DNA of 60,000 nt from Schmidtea polychroa (lineage: Eukaryota), in assembly GCA_044892525.1 (NCBI GenBank), contig CM097885.1, forward strand, positions 42,410,001 through 42,470,000, read 5' to 3'. Positions 27,287-38,900 of this stretch are shown piece after piece; the first letter of the stretch is position 1; the number at the start of each line of letters is the position of its first letter. The notes below the pieces were generated by a model that was given only the letters and a program-made list of their open reading frames with translations, had not been told where the DNA came from and did not search any database. The translations under genes were made by a program, and so were the position numbers.

Positions 27287-27928
27287 ATGGCTACGATTTC
27301 TTTAATGGCTTCGATTAATAAAGATAACTACTATGATCTTAAATGCAACAGGGACGTTCACATATCTCAGGACGGTAAATGTGTGACGTTCAATGATAGA
27401 TTTATTGAAAGAATTATTTGTGATAACTCAATGGAAAATAATGATGATGCCTTGCATGTTTGTCATCTTATTCGTCATATTCCTGGTAGAAGTACTACAA
27501 ACGAAACTGATGGTTCCTTTTTTATTACTCCAAGAGATCCTGATAACAGAAATAGTGTTTTTGGCCAACTAATATCAAATTTGTTTGGTGGATTGTTGCC
27601 GCTGGATTTTAGATCCGATTCGTCAGATTTCATATTTTCAGATCAAAGTTTCGACAATTTTGTAACGAGTATTATGAATCAATTTGAACAGAGTGGTCCT
27701 CCACCAGCAAATGAGGCAGATATTGAGAAATTACAAGTCAAGAAAATCACCGCGGCTAGTGATACAGGTTCCATTTGTCTGTCAGATTATGAGGTGGCCG
27801 ATGAAGTGTACGAGTTGCCCTGTCAGCATAGATACCCTGTTCAGTGTCTCGAAACGTGGATGATTAAACAACCGGTGTATCTTTTCCAGGTATTGCAAAC
27901 GTATCGTGCGTGGCTGAGAATTAGTTAA
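27287..27928 (+). pseudogene. Intronless RNF126/RNF115-like RING-H2 ubiquitin ligase copy inside the Gypsy pol; zinc ligands partly lost
   Basis: N-terminal YY..KC.R.V...C....FIE finger remnant, FDNFVTSIMNQFEQSGPPPA..IEKL, and ICLSDY..EVYELPCQHRY...CLETW. Confidence 0.8.
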
Positions 27929-28777
27929 ATGAGAATTTGCGAATTGAAGATGGTGATTTTTCGGCAGCATTCAGTGACGGTAAGTGGACCGTGAAGTGGA
28001 AATGGAAAGCAGAACCAGCTGTACTATTGAATAGAATTTCAAATTATAAAATCGATCCAGGGCTCCAGCACAAGTTTGACTCGGAGGTTGAACGGTGGAT
28101 TCAAGAAGTATGGCTAATTCCAACGAAAGACTTCGTGTATGGAAAAATTCCGTTATTGGTAGTAGAGCAAGCAAAAAAGGAAAAGTTCGTCTAGTAATAG
28201 ATTTTCGAGAACTAAATAAATGTTAGTAGCCATATTGGACAAAATGATGTATGTGGTCAATCATTAAGGCGATGGCAAATGATGGGCGAACAGGTTATGT
28301 TAATTGATCTTAAAAATGCTTATATTCAGATCCATGTTGATGAAGACCTATGGGAGCACCAAAGGGTTAGTTACAAAGGGAACAGATACTTTCTAACGAG
28401 ACTCGGTTTTGGTTTAAATGTGGTTCCGAAAATAATGTCAACAATATTACGGAAGGTACTGAATTTAAGAGAAGATATCAGGAAAGCAACGGATAGTTAT
28501 ATTGATGACATTATTGTCAACCAGTCAAGAATAAACGCCAATGAAGTAATAAGCCATTTAGCAGCATACGGGCTTATTACAAAACCACCGGAAGAGTTTG
28601 GTGATGCAAGACTGCTAGGTCTCCAGCTTCAAACAAGTATTAACGGTCGTACGTAGCATCGTGGAAACATTTTGCCACACAGTGCGTTTACAACTATGTC
28701 AAGAAGAGAGTTATTTTCCCTCTGCGGTCAACTCATTGGGAACTATCCCGTTGCTGGATGGTTAAGAGTAGCAAGTA

Positions 28778-29248
28778 GCTTTACAAGTCTGATAATACTC
28801 AGACATAAACTCAGGAAACTCTCCAGGATCACCGCTAAATGTCTTAACAGGCAAAGCGAAATACCTCGTAAATAAATTCATATTTTCCTCGGCTATTTGT
28901 TGATTTACTTTACTTTTAGTTATGGTTGCAAACGCTATCTTGAAAACTTGATTTATTGTCCAGTGACTATCTTTTAGATCACGTCTGGCTCACCAAAATG
29001 TTAGGTTCTGATCTGGTGGATAGATTCTTCCTTACACAGACTGATATACAAGGACACAAGATATTGTCAGGAAAATATTCTGATAATTGGATTATATTTT
29101 ATGAATCTTAAATTTGGGAAATAATTCTTTTAAACTGTAAGTTTATCTTGATCAGTGGCATAGGAAATTCCACTTGTATTTTCTACTTAAAACATCAATA
29201 CATGTGCAAAATATATCTGTAACCTTTATTAATTTTAGAAAATGGAAT
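28778..29248 (-). repeat. 471-bp inverted copy of 31855-32325 inserted between RT and RNase H
   Basis: Near-identical reverse complement, including the Polinton integrase/LTR junction, the PBS and the gag start. Confidence 0.92.
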
Positions 29249-31139
29249 GATTAACGAAATGATGTATCGTGTGAAAGAGAGCAATCCTGTTACTGGTGAG
29301 TGGCACGTAAACAAGGACAGATCTACGATTGTCTGGTGCGATGCGAGCAATCTGGCATTAGGAGTTGCGTTAGAAATATCAGGGAAAATCGTCGAAGATG
29401 CATCATGGATGAAGAAGAAAAACGATTTTGCTCATATAAACCTTGCAGAGTTAGACACTGTGATAAAGGGAATTAACTTAGCCATCAGCTGGGAAAGAAG
29501 CAACTTAGTTGTAGTAACAGATTCCGCTACAGTCAGGAGTTGGATAGATTCAGTTTTATAAGGATACTGCTAGAATTCAAACTCATGGAATTGCTGAGAT
29601 GCTAGTCCGAAAACGTCTGCAGATCATTTGTGAATTACGAAAAAACTATGACTTAACGATCTCGGTTGAGTTTGTTCCGACAGATAAAAACAAAGCAGAT
29701 GCACTCACAAGAGTCAGTAGTAAATAGCTGACATGGGTTAAATCGTGTGTTGAACCAACTGCAAGCACCGTTGCAGTTGTGACCCAAGTGTTACGAGAAA
29801 GTCATAGACAGCACCATTTCCGTTGTATTTTGCAAAGCAACTTTGCCCGGACGTTACACTTGAGGATGTAAAGGCTATAATTAATGAATGTTCAGAATGT
29901 CAATCTATCGAACCGGCGCCTGTAAAATGGGAACATGGAGAGTTAAGCGTTAAGGAGACGTGGACGAGACTGGCAATGGATGTTACACGTTATTTAAGTA
30001 AGCTTTATTTAACTATGATTGATTGTGGACCGGGTCATTTTGCTCTGTGGAGAGAAATAAGAGGTGAAGACGCGGAGACCATTACACGGAATCTTGAACA
30101 GATCATTAGAGAACGAGGTTCCCTGATGAGCTGGTGATTGATAATGCGACATCATTTCGGTCGACACAAATGAAAGTACTGTGTCACAAATGGAGTGTGA
30201 AATATGTGTTTCGATGTGCTTATCGGCCATCAGGAAACGGCATAATAGAACGGAACCATCGTACAAGAAACGCATGACAGCAAGAACCAACAAAGGAATA
30301 TTGGAAATGGTATATTGGTGTAACCTAGCACCCAATGACAAGTGCGGAACGCCGCCTTCTTCATCCGTGTTTTCATATTGCTGGAAAGGAGTTGGCGCTT
30401 GTTATACAAAAGAGAAAACACAGGACATGTCGTTCCAAGTTGGCGATGCAGGTTACGTTAAACCACCAAACACGAAGTGCACATCGACATGGGATGAAGG
30501 GATTGTAACGAAGGTAAATTCATCGACTAACTTCGACATCAACGGGGTTCCGCGACACTATTCCGACATACGACCGGCTGTCAACGAAGCGTCAGTGGAG
30601 AACAACGACAATGATGGATTAACAGGCGTAGACAATCCTATACTCAACTCACTGCGCCGAGATGAACGTAGAGGCAGGACAAAAAGACCTCGATATGTTG
30701 ATGATTTTGAAACCAGTTTTATCGAGAACGAAGATGAAAATTACGCGGAGATGTAATTGCATAATTAAATTTGTTTTAATATGCACATATTGTCATAAAA
30801 ATAGAATGTAAAAAACGTTGTGATTTCATTGTGTCAATAAAACTTCAATATTAAAAATACGGTACTAATACAAGTAACATAAAAATTCTATAACAACATA
30901 AAAATAGTGTACTGTCACAAGTAACACTAACAACGTAAAAATTAAAAAACATGACATTATTATAACTAATCATTTATTGATGATCTACAATTAATGAAAA
31001 GTGAGCTTTACTCAACTCTTTTCTTAATATCCATATATTATACTTCTTCTCTCTATCAACAGAGCCTTCGCACTTTTATGGGCATATTGATGGCTTGTTA
31101 ACTGTCAGCAGAGTCAAGGTCTTCTTCTAACGTTCTCAA

Positions 31140-31940
31140 ATGAACAAACAAGACCACATTCAAATCTATACCGGTAGACGTCCATATTCTGAATGGAATG
31201 AAATAATAATGAAATTACAACGTAGTATACCTTATTTTAATGCTTTGATAAAAGCACCACTCATGAAAAGAACAAGTATTTTACAGTCACTCACACAATT
31301 TGTTGTGGACGATTTGCTTGAAATTATTGTTAATGTTGTGCGTGGCAATGTTGACATTAGTAAAGCGAAAAACTTTTATTGCAAAACCATAAAAAATAAC
31401 TTTTATCGTTAGTAAATACAAAAAATAAAAGGATAATGCAAACAATTATATATAAACAGCGAGGGGGATTTATATCAGCTTTGATACCAATCGCATTATC
31501 TTTATTAGGTGGATCTAGTTTATTGGGTGAGCCTTCATAAACGTTGAATTGTTTTATTATCATTATCATAAACAATGGGTCAATTACTTATGGGACATTT
31601 ACCCAACCTTATTCTAAATGTTAAATCATCCTGTTGTAATGGAGAAGATTTAGATAAACCTAAAAGATCCAGCAGGTTTTGGTGGAGTTGAAAGGTTAAA
31701 GAAAAAAGTACCAAAATCAAAAAAGGAGACTCAAAAATAGTTGTCGAGTCAACTGATATACAGTTTAAACAAATCAACGTTGAAACGGTTTCCCATAAGA
31801 GCATATAAAACATATGGTATCAATGATTTATGGAAAATGTATTTAATGGAAATGATTCCATTTTCTAAAATTAATAAAGGTTACAGATATATTTTGCACA
31901 TGTATTGATGTTTTAAGTAGAAAATACAAGTGGAATTTCC
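31140..31940 (+). pseudogene. Polinton/Maverick remnant: small basic ORF (EIIVNVVRGNV...KQRGGFISALIPIALSLLGG) followed by the N-terminus of the integrase
   Basis: From ~31657 reads DPAGFGGVERL..ETQK*LSSQLIYSLNK...RFPIRAYKTYGINDLW...SKINKGYRYIL/TCIDVLSR, the typical Polinton integrase N-terminal pattern. Confidence 0.8.
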
Positions 31941-34900
31941 TATGCCACTGATCAAGATAAACTTACAGTTTTAAAGAATTATTTCCCAAATTTAAGATTC
32001 ATAAAATATAATCCAATTATCAGAATATTTTCCTGACAATATCTTGTGTCCTTGTATATCAGTCTGTGTAAGGAAGAATCTATCCACCAGATCAGAACCT
32101 AACATTTTGGTGAGCCAGACGTGATCTAAAAGATAGTCACTGGACAACAAATCAAGTTTTCAAGATAGCGTTTGCAACCATATCTAAAAGTAAAGTAAAC
32201 CAACAAATAGCCGAGGAAAATATGAATTTATTTACGAGGTATTTCGCTTTGCCTGTTAAGACATTTAGCGGTGATCCTGGAGAGTTTCCTGAGTTTATGT
32301 CTGAGTATTATCAGACTTGTAAAGCATATGCGTATCCAGATAATATAATGATGCAGCGATTTCCTATTTACCTCAAAGGGTTAGCAAGAGAGAAATATAA
32401 CGATTTTATGGCAGCAGCGGCAGCACCAAAGAATTGGGCAGAATTAAGAGAAGCCCTCACAGCTAGAATATTACCTGGAGATGCAGGTAGATTATTCAGA
32501 CAACAGTTTTATAATCGAAAGCAAAATGCAAATGAGCACGTCGGTGAGTTTTCGTATCAATTATCATTGATTGCGGAAAGGGCATTCGGTCTAAAATCTA
32601 CTTGGACTTAACCGACATTATTATTGGTCAAGAATCAATTTTGGGCAAGACTTACACCTGCGATGAGAAGCGCACTAATCCTACACGTTGGAGATGAGTA
32701 CGAGGAGCTGACGAGAAAACCTGTCCTCATAAAAAGCAGCTTACATAAATCCACTATGTTTATGGTAAAGTAGTGAGAAGCCTCCTGTCGAATGTTTTAA
32801 TTGTCACAATAAGGGACATATATCCAAAGATTGTAATAGTAGAAAAACGATGAATAATGATAGAAATATACAATGTACGAGATGTGGTAGAAACAACCAT
32901 ACAGCAGATAAATGTAGAGATACAAATTTACAATGCGATAAATGCCAGCTAAAGGGGCATGTAGAGCTGGGAACCAGCAGTCGAATAGAAATAATTATAT
33001 AACAGTCAAAAGAGACCATTTAAATTCAAGTGTTAAAGTAAAATGTCACGGATGTCGGAAATTCGGACATATTCAGAGGTCATGTCCTCAGAATCAAGTT
33101 GAAAAGAGTACCAACAGCAATAGTAAAAATGTTACCAGTTACAAATCGGCATTTATGGTCAACCAGGAGCATGGCATGACATATTTGCAGCAATTGGAAA
33201 TGAAAATCCAGGAAGAGAAAAATAGGCTGGCACGCCTAGCAGAGAATGATAACTCAGTATACGTAGTAGAAATTTGGGGACCATATGAAGTGGAACCTCG
33301 TGTTACACCCGCAGATCCCAGTAGAGAGGACTGTGAGAAAGTAAAAATAGACAATTCACAAAGAGGACCTAGTATGAGGAACATATCTAGCAAGTCCCAC
33401 CAGAATCTATCCGAAGAGATATAGGACGATAAAGGGTCAGATACCCTAGCAAATTGTTTGAAGTTAGTAGATACCAGGTACGAGTATCAGCAGAAACTGA
33501 CTCATCAAATGGATAAATTGCAGAAAGAGACATTAAGGTCAGTGAGATTGACCAAGTATTACGACTGTTACCACAAGTAGAAGATGAGCAACGATATCAT
33601 CCGCATGTATATAAGACCCTAAAGAAGTTGGGATCAGTAATGGAACAAGACTGGGATCCAAGAGTAGCCCAGTTGAATAATAAATTCCCACAGAAACAGG
33701 AATTAAAGCTCGATGTTAGTGCAAGACGTCGAGTCGAGAAACTGATAGAAACAATTAAAGTATAAAACTGCGAAAATGCGAATTATACTTATGTGGAATA
33801 AAAGTAGCAGAAAATGAAACATTACTGCAAAATGTTATATAACGATGGAGAGTGACAAGCTCACTGCGAAATGGGCACAAGTACCGGTCTCAGTAATAGA
33901 CACTGATAGCATGTTTTTGATCACGCAGATGGAAATTGAGCAGTTAGAGCAATCTCAGCAGCTGACTCACAGACTGGGTTTGGAGTTACGAAAATCTCCC
34001 AGTAATGGAGAGACTATTAAAGAGATGCTGGACTGGATGTTAAAGCTACGCATCCCAGTAGAAACACTAGAAACAATAATATCACTTGTTTTACCAGAAA
34101 TCAAGGAATTAAGCCCTTATCAGACAGAGATAAAGGAGTTATTGAGAAAAAATGAACCGGCTATCAGACACTTGTCGGAGAGACAAGGACCAGTATAAAT
34201 AAATGTGCAGTTCGTTGGTCAAGAGCCAATATCAGTCATATCATTGCTTTAGTAAAGTAAAAGCCTTGCGGAAGGATGTTGTTACCATGGGGCAAGCAAC
34301 AGACGTATTCTTAATCATCATGGAGGGATGACGAATATTTGGTGGATGTGGGTGTTTGCCTTTTCAGATAACCACGGCAATAATCATCCTTGTGACACCA
34401 CCGGAAGCACAATGGTCATTACTTAGATTACCAGATGGCAATGAAAACGTACAAATATTGATGGTGAAGATTATTTCACCGAGTATGTGAAACTCAATCC
34501 AGATGAAACAAATGTCGGGGCTACTACTTCACATGCAGTTGAAGAAGATAAGCCAATGCAGTCGACAATAATCAACAACTTTAGAAATTTGAAGAGTCGA
34601 AAATTTCTCCACTTATGCCCGAGTGGCCTATGTGAATGTATAATAAATTTTGATTTTTTTTTAAAAAGAAAGATGGGCGAGGTCGCCCCAGAAAGGATCA
34701 AATGAAACCTCCACCAAAGGAGGAGTTGAATCAAGAGACGATTCAAAATTTACAAATGAAAACGTTAGAAGCTATAGCGCAAGAAGTTTATACACATATA
34801 GAAGGAGATGACATCCCTGAGACATCGTTATTATGGCAGAGGTTGATACAAATCATTGGGCAGATTAAACCAGGTTTGCGAGTGAAACCGATAAAGGGTA

Positions 34901-35510
34901 TTGAAGTCGATTATGTAACATTATCTATACCAGTGTTCTTCAACCTGGGTTCCGCGGAACCCTTGGGTTCCGTATAAAAAATTATGGGTTCCGCGAACAA
35001 ATTTTATGATTTCTTATAAAAAAAGTTTTCAATATAAATAAACATATAATAATTTATATTTTATAGTATAAAAGAATTGTACCAGATTTCAATGTAATTT
35101 GTAGCAAAAAACAGGCTCAACCTAGTCATTGAGTACCATTTAATATCAAATTTCTATTTTTTTTATGTTAAACTTTATATTTTTGCCATTAATTATTTAA
35201 ATAAAATAATTTTATATTATAAAGTGCATTATTTTTTTATAAATTACCACATCGACAACCCCAATTGAATACATATATACATGCCCACATATACATGGGG
35301 AAATTTTTATTGGAAGGGTTCCGACGACTGCGAAAGTTTTTGGAAGGGTTCCGACGACTGCGAAAGGTTGAAGAGCACTGATCTATACGATGGGCAATGA
35401 AAAAGATTCCCAAGAAAATCTCACAGGCTGAGATACAGAGGTTCATTGAAAAGAGTACCAAAAAGGGGTTATACAGAGGAAAGATTAGAAACCCCAAAAG
35501 GAAAAATTAA
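31940..35510 (+). mobile_element. Second LTR retroelement remnant: partial LTR, PBS, gag with about four zinc knuckles, unidentified downstream coding; no pol seen
   Basis: LTR end ..CTAACA (32104) then TTTTGGTGAGCCAG (resembles a tRNA-Arg-type PBS); gag FSGDPGEF..LKGLAREKY; CFNCHNKGHISKDC, CTRCGRNNHTADKC, CHGCRKFGHIQRSC. Confidence 0.8.
34931..35380. mobile_element. hAT-type MITE, 450 bp
   Basis: TIR CAGTGTTCTTCAACCT / AGGTTGAAGAGCACTG; perfect 8-bp TSD ATCTATAC. Confidence 0.95.
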
Positions 35511-35930
35511 AATTATTTTAAAAAACTTTAGAAAAATTTTAATTTAATAAAAAATATAACTATTAACCTATAATCCACCATAATATTTGTCTTGGTTGCA
35601 CATAATTTATGTTCTATGATGTAAACCTTAGTGCAAGCATCGTGCAAATAACCTTGACAGTGTTTGTCCTTCGTGCTTTCCTAACTTATAAACCTCCTTA
35701 ATTAAATGCTAAATTTACAACTTTCTCTGCTGGAATAGAACAGAGTGAATAAACACGGACTTCGAATAATGGTATTAGAAAATTCCTAATAACAAATTAC
35801 GGCCTTCGAAACGAAAAGGTTAAATAGTGAAAAATAATAATTAATATGGGATAATAAATAATATTATCGATTTACATTTATGCATGAATAATTAGTCAAT
35901 AGAATAAAATCTAGAAGGAAAACTTCTATA

Positions 35931-38900
35931 ATGGTTGTTTATAGAGTTGTTATTAAATCTGAATGAAATTAAAATTTAGAGAGAAGTTGTGAATTTTAAT
36001 GTTGGACAAGCGGGTGCGCAAATGGGATCAGCAATGTGGGAATTATTTTGTGCAGAACATTCAATATTGGAAAACGGTTTTAGGATGAGTGGGATACCGG
36101 ATATGAATGAAAAACTTGATTCATATTTCAGTACAAGTCCAGCTGGTCGACTTATTCCTCGTGGTATTTTCATAGATTTAGAACCGACAGTTTTAGGTAG
36201 GTTTATTTTTGAATTTAATTCATTTTTCCCATTTCAATCAGTCGTTTTTATTATTATTATTTTAATCTCCTAAAGTTCCTATGGTGGGACGCAAAAAATA
36301 ACAATAATCCAATTAAAACCATTCGAAGTATCGAAGAATTGAGATTTAGTTTTGTTTTAATTTTATTAGTTTATTCATAATTGATAATTTTAATTAACTT
36401 GTAAAGTGTATCAAAGGGTTCAGAACCTTTAGGCTTTCCTTTAAGACAAAAATGAAATATAATTTATGGAGCTTTGAAACTTTGACTTTCTAGTAATATC
36501 CAAACTATGATTCCATTTCTCCCAGTACAATTTCACAGTTAACACATCAGATGGATAAATAATAAACTTGATTTTGTTGAAGAGGAGCAATGCGCGCCAT
36601 AATTTCTTCAACCAATTCTTGTAATATTTTTTTAATATTGAGCTGTTTATTTAACCTCATGCTATCTTTAATCACCTTGGTTGTTTATCTCTGAGTTCAT
36701 TCTCCCTATACTACCTGATTGGTGTGACTTAGTATAAAAATTGATAATTAAAACTTGATAAATTGTTAAATTCAGTATTTAACCACTGACTGTTTGTCGT
36801 AAATAAGCGTCATTTTTAGAGAATAATTATTTCTATATTGTAGACTCATATTGTTGGATAGCCGCCCTGTTGTAAAGTCAGTGCTTTTTTTCTGACGGAA
36901 CGGCGTTCCGGCACCTTTTTTAGTTGAATGATTTTAAAAAATTGACATATGTTTTGGTTTTTTGTCATATTTCTATTTCTGACATTTCAAATAGTCAATT
37001 ACAATCAAATTAAAAGTAGTAGTCGTACGACAAAGCGAGTGAATCATAACTCCGTGCTTCCTATGTGTTATTACTATTATATAAAACATGCTCATGGTAA
37101 ATATACGCTATTAATATACTACGTCATTAAAATCGTTTCCTGTCGTCGGTAATAAGTGTATATTTTGTGTCCTGCATAATTATTTTATTTGTTAGCTAAT
37201 TTCAGCGTCATTTTTTTGCATATAAAGGATAGTACAGATAAGTTCCGGCACCTTTTTTCCAGAAAAAAAGCACTGTGTAGAGTATATGTATCATGGTGAA
37301 AAGAAATTCGCATTTCCTATGAAATTTACATTTAATTAAAAGACAAAAATATTCATATAATTTTGATGTATAAAATTAATTAAGCACTCAGAAATGAGTT
37401 TTCAAAAAAAATAATCAGTTAACAGGTTAAATTATTATTATTTACTTTCACAAAATATCCATATATCAAAACGCTTTATTGAAAATATATGGGCTCATAA
37501 TTCAATCCTTGCATTTACTTATATGAAGGTACTCTTGATGAATCTTTAACAAATGGACGACAAAAAACTTATGGTCAGGTTCACTATAGAATCGAATATT
37601 TATTACCACATCAAACCAAAATAACAAAATTTTGTCAAAATTATATTTATAATGACAATATTAAAAGCTGCTAAAACATTTTCTAAATTATTTTTTAAAT
37701 CCGGTTCAAAAGTTAACGTCATAATTCCAAGTATTTATTTAATCAAATATTGTATAAATTTCAAACAAATTTTCAGCGTTGAATAAAATATTTTCAAAAC
37801 CATTTATTAAAATTTCGATATTTAAAATACATTTATTTAAAAATTATTCACTAATAAAACTTCTTTCAAAAAGCTATTTTACTTTTTAAATTTTTCAATT
37901 CAAAAATTTCAACCTAAAAAATCCAATTTAAAAATTATTTTAAAAGTTATTTTAATAGTTAATCATTTGCAATTTAAAATTATCTTAATAAATCATTGAA
38001 ATATTTAATTCTCAGCTGAAAACACCTCACAGACAACAATGAATTAATTCAAGGGTTGAATATTAATCCCCATTTAGAATCTAATATTTTCCTACATTTA
38101 GAGAATTTGATGAATACCTTCAATCTTTTTGCATTACAATTTCAAAATACATCAATACCTCACTTTGAGTTGATTCCGTTTAGGTAGCATATTTTTTGAC
38201 ACTAAATTTTCAGTTTGCGTTTAAATTGTTTCACATTGCATTGTGTTTTAATGTGTAATTTTTCACTATTTTATAATTCCCAGTAATTTTAATGAAATAT
38301 CGAAAAAAATATTATTGAGGAATAGTTCAATTAAAAATGTGAGAGTGAAATCCAAATATCGATTCACCTGTATCATTTTGCGTAGCAGTTTTGCAGATCT
38401 AATTATGGGCACAAATTGAGGTAAACCTAATTAGTTGTCTAATCTAGTTGATCCATTATTACCTCTTCCATTTAAACTATTATCGTCCCGATAACTCTGA
38501 TTCTCCTCCATTTCGATTCAATCGACTTCACGTTTCACTAAACTTTTATGTTTAATCTGCTTTATCTATTTTTTGTGATGCTTGAATACCATGAATTCCT
38601 CACAAATAAGGCACAGTCCTAGAATTAGCCTTTGTGACTAGCCATCGATTTTAAATATACTATATGTTGATAGTAATTGTGTGATCATCAACTTCAAGAT
38701 CACGAATATCGCATATATTTCAGAGCAACCTGCGACGAAAATACCTAAATTGGTAAATAGTCCCTATATCTTAATCACCACATTTTTGCTGCTTCTTTAT
38801 AGTATGCTGGTCCGAATAACAAGTTATAATCTGGATGCATCTCGTTGGCCTGGCATATGATTCTGATAATTTCCGTTATACCTCACTCACAAATTGGTGG

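Larger units (their letters stand above)
26310..30756 (+). mobile_element. Decayed Ty3/Gypsy LTR retrotransposon (gag-PR-RT-RNaseH-integrase), 5'-truncated
   Basis: CPYCGKNGHLEERC knuckle; LIDSGCSKS protease; IDLKNAY and YIDD in RT; WCDAS/NLAEL/VTDS RNase H; CSECQ and WTRLAMDV integrase. A probable 3' LTR begins TGTAA at ~30752. Confidence 0.92.
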
